A stretch of 64,000 nucleotides of DNA from Vermamoeba vermiformis (lineage: Eukaryota): assembly GCA_045837725.1 (NCBI GenBank), contig JBEWZL010000278.1, positions 434,001 to 498,000 on the forward strand, written 5' to 3'. Positions 1-12,746 of this stretch are shown one piece after another; position 1 is the stretch's first letter; every line of letters begins with the position of its first letter. The notes beneath the pieces are model-generated. The model was not told where the DNA came from. It saw only the letters and a list, made by a program, of their open reading frames with translations, and did not search any database. The position numbers and the translations under genes were made by a program.

Positions 1-1506
1 GCCGCCTATAAATGGGAATATCTTATTGTAGATGTCAGCGGCAACGGGTACGTGAGATTATGACATGAAAAGTATGCGTGTCACATCGACTAACTTTTGA
101 CTTTTCATACAGTGGTGGTGTACTGTGCTTCTCAATGCTTTTGCAAGGCTTGTTGGCTGAAGAATTAGCTCACAGTACGTGCTATATTAATATAGCGTTA
201 GTATCATTCGGTTGAATAATTTTTTTTTGCAGCATCGCTTGACGGTGAAGTTTTGTGGAGACCTTTCAACTTGCGCAAATCTGACTTGATGACTAACTAT
301 TACACGGTAAGTTGACACCCCAAAATGGAAATTACACTGTAATTGCATTTACGTGGATTTGTTTGATCGGATCCAATTCCATGAAAATCTAGGAAGAGTA
401 TTGATGACCATAATATTATAGAGTGATGGAGTATACGACTTGGACTCAGATTACATGAACATTAACACTGGCGCTATTGAAAGCCCTGAAACGTTCTACC
501 AAAAGACCGTTGACGTGCAATACGGTGCAGTGAAATCACAAGTCACGGACTTCATTTACTTCCCTGCCTCGTGCAAACAAATGGTGCTCGACAACAACTT
601 CCCACGTGTCAAGTTCTGGCCCAAGCACGTGATGGTCTTGACGGACGGTACTTGCGGCAGTGCCTGCGCGCAGTTTATTTCCAAAATGACGCAAAATAAC
701 CGCGCGTTGGTCGTCGCTCTCGGTGGTTACTTGACGAACAGCACTGACGCGGTAAGTTTGTTTGAACGTACTTTGACGACTGTTCTAACGGGTAGTAGAT
801 GCGTACTGGCTCGTTCCCTGGTGGTAATGTGGTCGAGTTGCCGGGCAGTGCTCAAAGCATATTGCCAAGCTTGACTACTTTCAAGACATCCGCAAGTACG
901 TACCTCAAAAATGACACGTGTCAACATGTCAAAGTTTTCTAGATCCAATCCAAATTATCTTGAATCGAAAACTTTAACATATACTAATGGTATTGGTATA
1001 ATAGAGGCTCGTTTTAATATGCACCAAGGATTCAACAATTTGGCGTCCAAGTTGCCGCTTGAATTTGATTATGACGCGTTTACTCCTAACGTGACTTTGA
1101 AGCACTGGCAATCCTCGTCATCGAGTCAAGTTGTGATTGGCTTGACTGAGTTGTGGACTAACGTAAGCTTTGCAAAAATTTATCGCGTTCAGTGAAAAGG
1201 ACTTACACGTTTTTAGTTCACGCAGCCGTACGTGTTGTTGCCTCCTATTGCGAATACCGATCCGTTTAATATTACTATTACTCCTCCGCCACCTCATCCG
1301 TTCAGACCTACTTGGAGATGTAAGCTACAAAGACCTTTTTTGAATTTTCATCCAAAAGATCCAGATCTAATTTTCGTTTAGTCTGGGTCATCATCGGAGC
1401 AGTCGGTGCTGTTGTTATTATTATTCCTGTAGTTATTATTCTCGTCAAGAGAAGAAACAGAAGAAATAATCCTGAGTATAGAAAACTTATCAATCCGTCA
1501 GCGTAA
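1..1506 (+). CDS. S41-family peptidase-like, C-terminally membrane-anchored protein (5' end outside window, multi-exon)
   Basis: Spliced exons give LIVDVSGNGGG and MVLTDGTCGSACAQF, motifs typical of eukaryotic S41 peptidases. A C-terminal TM segment VWVIIGAVGAVVIIIPVVIILV-KRRNRR precedes the TAA at 1504-1506. Confidence 0.75.
912..923. promoter_or_regulatory. Intronic palindrome TGACACGTGTCA (copy 1 of 5)
   Basis: Perfect 12-bp palindrome, repeated at 2860, 9823, 13992 and 16054. A regulatory role is inferred. Confidence 0.5.
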
Positions 1507-1700
1507 GGAACGGATCTGGTAAAGTAAGGATTCTAATATCGTTCTGTTTTATAAAGTATGATCTATATTTAATATGTCCGTAACAGATTTCGTTCCGGCG
1601 AAACAATTTTATCGCCGATCGGAATAAAAGAAGTTACGTACACCGATTTTGTTTGCTTACAAATCTCTGTGTTTATTAGTTTGTTTTACTACAAGCATAC

Positions 1701-3694
1701 ATGATGCTATTGTATATACTTTTTACCGCCGCTGCCTTGTTAGCTGCGTGGATTTGGTTGAAGCATCCGACCCCAAAGAGCAATGCTTTTCCTCAATTGG
1801 CTCTTCCTCCTCGTCTTACCTTCGGCGAGATATTCTCTATTATGAAGACTGCAGCCAACACTAAGAACGGCTTTTTCGACGTTGTTCAAAAGAAGTACGG
1901 AGATCTTGTCTGGATAAGAGTTCCTTTTTGGAGCGACATTGCTTTATTCACCAGCCCTGAATATGCCAAGACTTTCTTTGCTGCCAAAGAAGCCGATTTT
2001 ATGCGCGGATATTACGTAAGCTCATTACTATAAAATTTAATCACGCAAACAATAATAATTAGCAAATCCGTCCGAAGTGAGTTGCGGAAAAAATCGGCGC
2101 TTGCTTTAACTCAATATATTGAGTCAATAGAATACGAATATAAACTTTTTTATGTAAAGGACAAATTTTAATCTTTTTTTTTTTGTTAGATCTTCCACAA
2201 GCTTGCTTCGCCTCCACTTTTCTACGAATCAAAATCGTATTTGACCGAAGTATTTGCCAAAGCTTTTTCAGCTGAACGGTATTCGTACTTCGCCAAGCTT
2301 TTGAAGCGACAAGTCGACGAGTACTTCAATGAACATTGGACTGGATCTAACCGCACCATCAATTTATTCGAAGAAGTCGATCACTTAACGCTTAACGGCA
2401 TGATTAGGTACCATACTATATTAATAATTCCTATTTTAGTATTTTTTGTTGAATTTTAATTTTTAGATCTTTCCTTGGTGACGATTTGCAGGGCGCAGAA
2501 TTGGACCAATTTATTCATTTAGTGAAAGAACTCGATATTGAAGACAGAATGAAGAATTTAAAGCGTGTTTTATACTACTCTATGCCTTGGGGCAAGAAAG
2601 CCAGTACGGAGCAGTTCAACCAAGTGATCCAGCTCGTCAGCAAGGCTATTGACGCGCGTATTGCTAGCAAGAGCTCTGAACCTGACTTTTTCAACTTTTT
2701 GATTCAAGAATTGCGCACTCCTCAAGGTAAGCCAACACATTTTTTTTCTCCATCTGATCTGATCCAGTTGGATCTGCCCTTGATTCGATCAAAACAATAG
2801 TGTTATTATAATAGTTATAATACCTTAAAACAGTGTATGCGATTGTGAAACTTTGAGGTTGACACGTGTCACGTGTTGAAGATATTTTTTTGACGTTTTG
2901 CTATTATGACAGGCGGCCCCGACTACGAATTGATTTCGCTGGCTATTTTCCAAATTATTTTCGCTGGCACTACCAACACTTATGCTACTAGTGCCTGGTG
3001 CTTGGCTTTTATCGCCAGTGATGCTAACTTGGTACGATCAGCGGATCCGACTTTCACGTTACTAGTTCTAATTACGTCTATTATAGAGAGCTAAAGTTAT
3101 GGAAGAAAAAGAGCAATATTTTGCTGCGCTGAACAAGGGCGAAGATGTTGCAAATTTGTTGATCAATGGTTTGCCGTTCACGACCAGACTCGTCTACGAA
3201 ACTATTCGCATTTGCATTGGTGGATTTGCTCCGCGCTACTCGATGCAAGACTTGAACGTCGCTGATAAGTTCGTAATTCCGAAAGGTAAGTCTAAAAATA
3301 CTTCGAAAAGTCACGTGCTCGCAAAATAATTTTTCAATCTTTTCATCGGATCTGGTCCTTATTTTTACTTTTAGATTGGTACTTAATCTTCCCCTATGGC
3401 CTTATATCTCATAACCCTACTATCTACTCTGCACCTGACTCCCACAACCCGGATCGATTTTTGACCGAGGCCAAAGAGCCCTATCAAAATGTCAGTTTCG
3501 GCGCTGGTCGTCATCCTTGCACCGGTGTTAAATTTGCGACGATGAATATTAAGACACTCATATTCAGCTTTTTGGAGCGATTCGATGCCGAGATTAGCGA
3601 GAACGTGCACGATCTGATGCCGAAGCAGCAAGTCATGGGTGTATTTAGACCTGTTAAGCCTTGCATGGTGAAGCTTACTCCTAAAACTAAATAA
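1701..3694 (+). CDS. Cytochrome P450 (CYP51/CYP7-clan-like), multi-exon
   Basis: N-terminal TM anchor, I-helix IIFAGTTNT, ETIR (ExxR), HNPDRF, haem motif FGAGRHPCTG. Confidence 0.93.
2860..2871. promoter_or_regulatory. Intronic palindrome TGACACGTGTCA (copy 2)
   Basis: Inside a P450 intron. Confidence 0.5.
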
Positions 3695-4118
3695 GGCAAT
3701 AGGAGTCAGAAAGTTAGTTGTGATCCGACAGTTTTAAAAATAAAATAACATTGATATTGCTAAAAAGAATGTAGTCTACGAACAGAACGCGAACACTAAT
3801 GATCAAATGTCGAGTTATCTGGTAGACGTCCGATCCAAGATCTTCGCTCTTCCCTGCTTGAATTCCACCAGCGATCACTTCTGCAGTCGCGAGTATGATA
3901 CTACGCGTTGTAGAAGATCATGGTGGTTAGATAGTAGGGTGAATTTAAATCCAACGGGTCATAACGCCTTCTGGGCGCTAGATGTTGCCGGATCCGAATC
4001 CAACCGACTTTTATTATGGAACTGAAAGGAACTCAAAATATTGCAATTACTGTAGGCCTATGATTTTAAATACATTTTTATGTAGTTAAATTTTAAAATT
4101 ATCGTTAAAATTGACTTT

Positions 4119-6541
4119 TTACCAGATGTTGAGATCGCTTCGTAATGGCCACGAAACTTGACCTTGCTTATAATCAGAAACACTAGTAACGACTCCTACT
4201 GCAACAACGTGTTGTTCTAATAATAATAAGAACCTGCCGGCACTATTAGGATAAGTTTCGCTCGTATGATTCTTATTGTAGATCTGCAAGTGGATCGGGA
4301 ATCGGAAAAATAATTCAACGGTCGCTTTTTGGCCTAATTAAACAAATTGTAAGAACTTGCCATATAAGGAAATAATAGTTCGTACCTTTAACGATCTTAT
4401 CAGCATCTTTTAGAATAATTCCGTTTTTATCTTGGACGCCGATAATGTTGGAAATGTGAGCATGAGTTTTAACGCCTTGCGCGTAAAATCCAGCGCAAGA
4501 TTTCTGCGAAATATTAATATTACCGTAAAAGGAAATGAATGTCTGTACGTACATATTTCAGTTCGCCGTTCCAGTTGCTGGGCGAAGTACCAGTTTTGGA
4601 TCCGAGCATGACTAGCTGAACCTCCGCTGCAATTACCCGAATAAAGTCCTTTGTGGTCGAAAATCGATGGTAGTGCTATAGTGAATGTAACATTATATTA
4701 GCTCCACAAAAATAAATTGCCGAGTTTGGATCTGCATCCAGATTGCGATCGGGATCTTACCGGTTTTGCGTCCAATACGCCTCCTTTATGATGCGCTGAG
4801 AACAAATCTAGCCAATCAGCGACGAGATTGCGTACTGGGCGATAAGGATAGCGAAGAGGTCCAGTTTGACCTTTAGCAAGCTCAATTTCTGTTTGAGTGT
4901 CAAGCCGGATCCCGACACCAAGAAATGATCTGCAAAGATAAGTCCGTTAATTTTACTATAAAAGGAAATATCATTGTAATTACCCGGCAATAGCGGAGTT
5001 TTGGGTCGTATCAAAACACTTAATGGATTCGATGTTTAACGCCAGTCTGGGACCCATATCAAATTTGTGACCAGAATGACGATAAGCATTAGGCTGCATA
5101 TAAAACTTTTCCGTAGTGTCGATAAATCCATCTAAAATGAAATTGTAAGCGAAAGGAGATCCGGGATCCAAATAATTGTACCTGTAACATATCCAATAAG
5201 AATTTTGTATTTATCATCAGGATGTTTCCTCTTCAGTTTTCGTTTGATATTGTATTCTTTCGTATCAATAACTGCAAAGCTAGGACGGCGGAAAAACTTG
5301 TAGATCGGCATCTGGATCGTCATCGAAACTTCGTGCAGTCTTTCAATTAATGTCGGGCCTTTGTACCACGATAATGGATGATCATTACTATATTTGGTAT
5401 CTTTAAAGATATTCACTGAATGGTTTGCTGAAATCGGTACAAAGCTGACTTTTTGTTGGATGTGGTTGCTGATCTTATTGCAAATGTCCAAAATAATAGC
5501 CTTAACATCATAAAACGCTAAAAATAGCATCATAAGCATACATTAATACGTAGCAAATATAAAATATTGTCAATTCCTAAATGCAAATGTAAACAACTCT
5601 TAAATTTTTTTCGCGTTGACTTTTGTTGACCGCCGTTTGAATTCATCAGCTCATTATTACTTAATAGTCTAATAGTATACTACTTACCTTTCTCGGAATA
5701 CTCTACCAAGTCCATTTTGCTAATCACAAAGATCCAGTTCATGTGACCGCACAACGCGTAAGCAGGCAAGATCAGCTCTTTAATCTCGTTCTTAAAGGCC
5801 GTTAATTCCGCTTCCGCCTCGGGAATTTGCGCGGGAACGACGATCATGAGGCATTGCGTCTATTTATAGGTCATTCATATGCTTGGTATGAAATTTCTAA
5901 CGTACCAAACCATAGTACGGAAACATGTTTTTTCTACGCCCTGGATGATTTGAGCCGTGGAAAATAACTGCTGTACGACCTTCTCCAGTATTAATACGCC
6001 TAATATATTGCATTCCTAATTAAAAGAATAATTATCGCGGATCTTGGTCTTTGGGATGGAATTTACGGACCTTCTTTTTTTAGAGGTAATGCAGGTTGCG
6101 CTGGCTGTTCTTGACTTTCGCTCAAGTTAGTAAGCAAGGCTTTCTTATCTTGCGATAATAGCCAAAAGAGTGACGTCGAGCCTGTTCAATTTTTTTGAAC
6201 GCAAAAAAAAAGCTCAAAATATCTAAAATAAATTCCAAATATTCTGAAATGCATTTATATAGCTATATAATGTACCTGATTTTTGTGCGCCGGTGATCAA
6301 ACAGTCTAACGAATTTTTCTTGCCCTTGGAAAGCGCATCTAGCACAATTTCGCTTAACGTTTTCGATACACTGCAGAAAATAAGTACAATGGCGCTAAAT
6401 AAATATTTTTGTAATCTACCTGAATAAGGATCTGACAGAATCTTTGAACGGAAGGAAATGAAGGATATTTAAGTGCACGTCCAATGGTAACTCTTCAAGC
6501 GTTGCTACTGATTTATTGGGAATTCTTTTAGGTTCTTCCAT
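4119..6541 (-). CDS. F-box + eEF1A/HBS1-like degenerate translational GTPase (paralogue A)
   Basis: Manual splicing gives MEEPKRIPNKSVATLEELPLDVHLNILHFLPFKDSVRSLFSVSK (F-box), then LITGAQKSGST (P-loop position), TQCLMIVVPA...AYALCG...FVISKMDLVEYSEK, FVPISA...SWYKGPTLIERL and C-terminal GRFLLLLEQHVVAVGVV. These are colinear with eEF1A domains I-III. Confidence 0.8.
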
Positions 6542-6823
6542 CGTTGTATAGGTAAATTGACTGCTAATTTAAGGTAAAAAATTTTTTGCAATGTAAATGT
6601 AATCTCCCTTCCGAGATTTTACCCAGAACGGATTCGCTGATCAGTATCCGGTGTCAAGATTCAATTAAGCATGACTAAGTCGTGGCAGTCGACGGTTTAT
6701 TTTTTCTGTAAACGCCGCTAAATAAAACGCTTGAAGTCCAGACTTGATCTGTCTGGATCCAGCTGAAATCAATGCGCCAATTTTAGAATAAATCGTTAAT
6801 CATATTATTAAGTACATAGGGTA

Positions 6824-8915
6824 TTATTTTTTGCTTTCTTCTTCAATTTGGAGCAGTTTCGTAACGATGCCGATTGCCACCGCAGTGCTGTTCATAATCA
6901 AACAACATCTGCCCTCGCTATTAGTGTACGCTATCTTGTTTTTAGTTCGGTCAAACAAAGTCAACGGGCTTGGCGCTACGAGCATTACTTCAAGCGTCGC
7001 TTTTTGACCTTGATCCAAAAATGTCAATTAAAAAATTATGTAGAATTATCAAGCTTATATAACGATACATACCTCTTCTCACGGACTTGCCTTGAAGTTG
7101 CTTGAATTTAATTTCTTCGTTGTTTTCATCGAAGACCGAGATCACTTTCTTGATCGTGCAGTACGTTCTCAAACCAAACGAATAAAAGCCAGTTGACGAG
7201 TTCTTACGACATATTAGTACAAAATGATACGTCGTAGAGAAATAATAAAATTACCTCTTTTAATTTGCCGTCCCAGCTGTTGAAACTGGATCCGCACATT
7301 GCCACTTGAATTTCTAAGCGTTGGTATTGCGTAGCCGATCGATTGGCCGTTAGAACGTGATATAGCTTTAATAGGTATGAAAAACGAGTGTTAAAATAGA
7401 TTTTGATCGTACCTTTTTGAACTCGAGCGGATTTCCTTTGTTGACTAAATTGAACTGCGCAGCACTTTCAAGCCACATATGCAATAGAGTTTTTTGCTTT
7501 TTGTACGTCACGATCGTTTCATTGGTTACTTCGAGCTTAATGACCATGCCAATGAAATTACTAAAAAAGGAAATTAATTAATTGTTTTAATTTAAACTGG
7601 ATCTGGACGTACCCTGCGGCGACTAATTGCTGTTTTTTATGGAAATATTGAATAGATTCGACCTTACAAGCGAATTTTGGTGCTTCCTGAACGTTCACTG
7701 TTCCTCTTCTTTGATAGCACAGCGGATTCATCCAAATTGTATCGCCGACTCGAACCAACCCGTCTAAATACAGTTAATATCACCATATATAGTAATTTTA
7801 GCAATATTACCTGTTACATATCCAACGACTAGCCTATAATACTCGCCTTTGTTCTTCGGCGCAGATTTCCATTTTTTCGACACGATAATCACGACATTTG
7901 CAGGCCTGAAATTTTTATAGACAGGCACGCGCACTTTTCGGGAAATTTCCGCGAATTTGTCGCACAGTGATTGGCCAGAATACCAAGCCATTTCAGTTTT
8001 GCCGGCAGTGGATGTAATTGTCGATTGGTTGTAGCACGGAATAAACGAAATATGGTCCGTTAAGGACTGGCTAAGATTATTGCATTCCTCGGTGATCATT
8101 TGGCATACATTAGCATAGTCTAAACATCGGAGAAATTAATTTAAATATTTAAGTTAATTTTGGATCGGGATCCAACGATTGAAAAACTTACGACTCTCGG
8201 AATACAGCACTAGATCCATCTTATTAATAACAAATATGAAGTTGGTATGGCCACTCAAGGCATAAATTGGCCAGATCAGCTCTCGAAAAGCTTTTGTGTC
8301 CAGCTCATTTGCGGCCACTACAATCACCACGCATTGCGTCTAAATGATTACATTATTATCGCTTTATATTGAGCTTGTCGGTCTTACTATGCCATGTAAA
8401 GGGTATGATCCCAATCTTGACCGGTGGTAACTTCTAGGATGGAAAATAGTCGCGTGACAACCAGATCCAACCTTAATTTTATAAATAAGATGCGTTCCTA
8501 TATCATAAGGACGAATGAGTATACTACTCAAAACCCCGATAAATCGTTTAAACTTGCCTTGTGTGCTGCTCCAAGGGTTTCGTGGTGGATCCACACTTTT
8601 GGACGTCAACTCCCGAAAAATAGTTGACGCACCTAAAATAAAAGCGTAAAATTACTACGAAAATATTCGTTAATTTTTTACCAGCGTTGTGCAAGCCTGT
8701 TATTACAACGTCCACAGTATTTTTTCTGCAATACTTCAAATAGTCCAACGCAATTACTTTCATTAGTTTCGATATCCTATAGAGTGTTATAATCGTAAGA
8801 ATTAATTAGATAATTTATATTAGAATTACGTTAAAACGCTAAACAGAATATCTTCGATCTGCAGATGTGATACAATAGCTTGGTGCACTTCGAGTGGCAA
8901 GTCTTGAAAATTCAT
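6824..8915 (-). CDS. F-box + eEF1A/HBS1-like degenerate translational GTPase (paralogue B)
   Basis: MNFQDLPLEVHQAIVSHLQIEDILFSVLTISK (F-box), VVITGLHNAGAST, FIFVINKMDLVLYSES, FIPC...AWYSGQSLCDKF, C-terminal GRCCLIMNSTAVAIGIV. Intron positions match paralogue A where checked. Confidence 0.8.
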
Positions 8916-9193
8916 TTTAATTCTCTGTTAGCGATGATGAACGCGATTAGAGTCAATTATGTTGTGCAGGTGAGAAAGTAAACCGATTTACCTGCAAGAA
9001 AATCTTCAGGGTCAGAAAAAGTTCAGAACGTTGATATTTATTCTCAGAATGATATGACGAGCAAAGATATTACAAGTACTCCCAATTCGAAAAGCTCCCA
9101 CGCGGCCACAACAGTTCTGTTGGGCAAGGCCTGTCCGGCATCGAAATTGCAATGCAGAAAGAAATTTATTATAATACATCAATTTGTTACTAT

Positions 9194-11901
9194 TTACATT
9201 ATAGAGCACTTCTTGTTACTAATTTCAGCTTCGCTTAACCGCTCAACACCGAAATCATAAATTTTGATCTGCTTGTTCGAGTCCCCGGTGACCAAATAAT
9301 CCTGATTCGTGAACTGAAAACAAACTCGATGATGAGGAGCCACTGGCAGCTTTCTTAGGCACCTGGCTGAATTTTGATCCGCAACCATAACGCTGCCTAA
9401 AAAGGAAGAACGGTCAGATACGAGCCTTATGTGGAATAATACTATTATTCTTACCAGAACCGAGGGCAAATACTATTTTGTTGTCATCAAATTGAATTTG
9501 ACGAATATACGCCGAAAATTTCTTATTTTTGTGATCGCGTTTGATGGATCGCGTAACTTCGCCAGTTCTAGCATCGATTTGATGCAAAGACTTATCGCAT
9601 GCAGCCCATATAAGGTTATCTTATTTAAAACCGATTAGTATTTGCAGAAACAAGCTTAAAAATTAGTCAGTTTGAGATGTACCTTTCATTTGTAAGCAGG
9701 CAACAGTCTTCTTCAAATTTATCGTTTGGATCTTTTGCATCGTAATGGCATCGACCTTGACTATAAGATTGTAAAATATCTTGTTAGTTCTTGTATTACT
9801 AAGATTGGTGTGGTTGTCACTTTGACACGTGTCACGCGCGTACCTATCGTGTCATCTTCAGAGCCACTAACAATAATATCGTCGTTCATTCGCACGCATC
9901 GTACTTCTTTCCTATGCTCCTTTAATACGTGCGCACAAGTGTTGTTCTTCGTGTCCCAGATCCGCACCGTCTGATCCTTCGAACAACTCGCAATCAAATG
10001 ATTATGTAATTGAAGTCTATAAACAGCTTTCTCGTGTCCTACACATAAAATAATTGATAAATATGCATAATAACGTAAATAAGTGTATATTATTTACCTT
10101 GGAAAGTATGAACCAAAGATCTGGCTTTTCGATCCCAAACATTTACGAGTCGATCTCGAGAACAGCTCACAATAAGATTTTCGTCTAATAGGATATATTA
10201 ACAAACTACGTATTAGTAGTATTATACTAGACGTGCTTACTCCAATCCATGTCCAAAACAGCTTCGTAATGCCCGTCGAGTTGGTACAATAATTTTCCAG
10301 TATGAAAGTCCCATACTTTAATTAATCGATTGCCGACCATCATAGTCGATGGATCATTGATCTATAGTACCAAAATAATATTAAGACTCTTAGTACAGAC
10401 TGAAAAAAGTTTTAGTTGGGATCGAGATCTGTCGAGCTAGAATTCGAGCCATTTCGTCGCGATGAAATTTCGATCGATAATTGATCCAGTAAAACCGCTA
10501 AAAGTATATCGACATACCATTTCCCACGCAGCACTGCCCGTCACAATTTCATTCTCATCGACTAACACGCAACTCGGAAATAAGTGGTACGAGTGGATGC
10601 CACCCGGTTCAACGACGCGGCCTCGTTCGTGAAAGTTGAGTGTTTTAACAGGCTCGACTATAATCAGATTAATGTTAGTATAAAGTATACGGCACGTGCT
10701 TGGCGATGGAAAATCGGGTCAAAATTTAAAATGTCAATCGATGTCAAAGTTAAATTAATTAAGCGATCTTAATCTAGCAAGAAATACGCATCAAACAAGC
10801 GAATCATATCTGAATTAAGTTTTCCAAATAAGGTAAATGGAATCTAATTCGATTCGCATTAAATAACTGAACGTGGATTTGGTTTTAAATTGAACGTACT
10901 TTTGTTCGCTAGCCATCCTAAGTTCTCTACTTGTGACTTATTAAAATATAAATGTTTCCATCCAAACGCGCCAAATTGTCGCGGATCCTCTTCGCTTTCA
11001 GAACTGTTGCTTGTATTCGTATTGATGTTCTCGGATTTGCTTTGTGTCGTCTTATTATTGTTATTAATGACTTTAATAGCTGGACTCGAATGTTTTCTCG
11101 ATGGAGAACTTGATAACGGCGATGACTGAGCTATTGGAGGAGATCCGCTTAATAAACTTCCACTTCGCTTTTTAGATTTCGTTTTGCTCTTTCGATTTTC
11201 TATGTCTAATTGCGTAGACATTCCATCTATGAATACCCTCGTATTCATTTGACGCAGCAGTCGTGTAAAATCATTCGCAGGAAGCTACAACGAGTAGATT
11301 TGGTTAGAAAAATATCGCGGTACGGAATAATTAGTTGAATCATTCGTAGTAAGTTAGAAATAGGTACTACTAGCACTAGTTTAATTATAAACCTAATCAA
11401 AGATTCGCTACGCTAATTTGTGAATGATTGCAAATTACTAAAAGGGAACTGATCTACTTTGTAAACGCAAAAAGAACGATATTTGATTATTTTGCTCGTA
11501 ATAAAATTAAGTAAAATATATTATCAAAGTTCACAATCGATTAAAGCTGATCTAGCAGAATGCTTTCTAAAAGTGTCAAAAAATAATCAAAAATTGAAAT
11601 TGAGCGTGGATCATGAGAAGCTCCTATTCCACTCGCCTTATTATTCATAGTTATAACTTACATTATTATATCTAGCGTAGCATTTTGCTTTCCAAGCCAG
11701 TTCTGAAAGTTGCAATAGTCGTTTTGTTGTTGCCGATGCCGCCAATAAATCACTAGGCGATAAATATAATAATATTACAGCCCATATCTCGTTAGGAAAG
11801 TCTTCGAGGGTCCAAGATCCGTTTGAAAAAAATTTCGGTGAAGGTGGAACTACATCTGGTCCTGTAGAACTTCCAACCTTATTTAATTGTAGTTTCTCCA
11901 T
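9194..11901 (-). CDS. F-box/WD40-repeat protein ending in a CaaX motif
   Basis: F-box LEDFPNEIWAVILLYLSPSDLLAASATTKRL. WD repeats such as IASCSKDQTVRIWD...EHRKEVRCVRMNDDIIVSGSEDDT and YLVTGDSNKQIKIYDF. Ends KKCSIM*. Confidence 0.9.
9823..9834. promoter_or_regulatory. Intronic palindrome TGACACGTGTCA (copy 3)
   Basis: Inside an F-box/WD40 intron. Confidence 0.5.
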
Positions 11902-12746
11902 ACTATATCACCATAATATTAATAATACGCCGTTTTTTCGATCGTGGTGTTCAGCGCATCGTTGGTTGTGAAAACCTTCGAAATTTGGTTGCTCCGTAAA
12001 TCCCTCACAGTTTTCCGTTACGGCAACATAGATCTCAATACCTTTTTGTGCATAACCGAAATATGACAACTCATGGCTTAAAATTTGGTGGATTAGGCAG
12101 AACGACTCACAGATTTGATTAGTCATCTAGAGAAGTGCTAATTAGCTGCGCAGGTAATTATCAATATTCAAAATAAAATTATAATGTGAATAATCGTATT
12201 TTTGAGGATTTTAAAATAAATAAATTAGGTTTTTTGATCGGATTTGCTTCAGAAATTGCAACGTGCACGTACTGTTTCTGAAATTACAAAACTACATTTG
12301 TAGACAAACACAGACTAATAATCTATTAGTTAGAGTGGAGTCCGGCATCAAATCATTGAGCGAGCGTACAGGAAAAAGCGCGCACTATTTTGTCTTCTGA
12401 TTCTTCGCTTATATAAGCTTTGTGCCTTCAATTCTAAGCCAATAGTGCTATAATTAAGCGCGAACGCGTTAGTTGGAGACAAAATGGCGTCTGCCAGGGC
12501 TGTCAAAATGTACTGCAACTTTTTTCTGAGTAACATTGGTACGCGTAAGTTGATGTTTTAAGTATTCAACCTTATTTATCATAATAATAGTACACAATAT
12601 ATGTAGTCATATCATATTATGACCTTGGTCCAAATTCATCGTATGAAAACGAATGTCCTTAATGAATCACATGTTTTAGACTTCCCTCCATCGCTTTGTG
12701 AAGTTTTAAAAGCTCCCCGAGGGAACATCGAGCGCAACACGTCAAT

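Noticed and set aside
3807-4025. 72-aa ORF between convergent genes
   Set aside because: No motif or splice support; probably intergenic or UTR.
4119-8915. Calling these genes the organism's true eEF1A, HBS1 or eRF3
   Set aside because: They are too divergent, lack the P-loop Lys and carry an F-box, so no gene symbol was assigned.
11908-12740. Short ORFs in the intergenic region
   Set aside because: No recognisable domains; consistent with a divergent promoter region.
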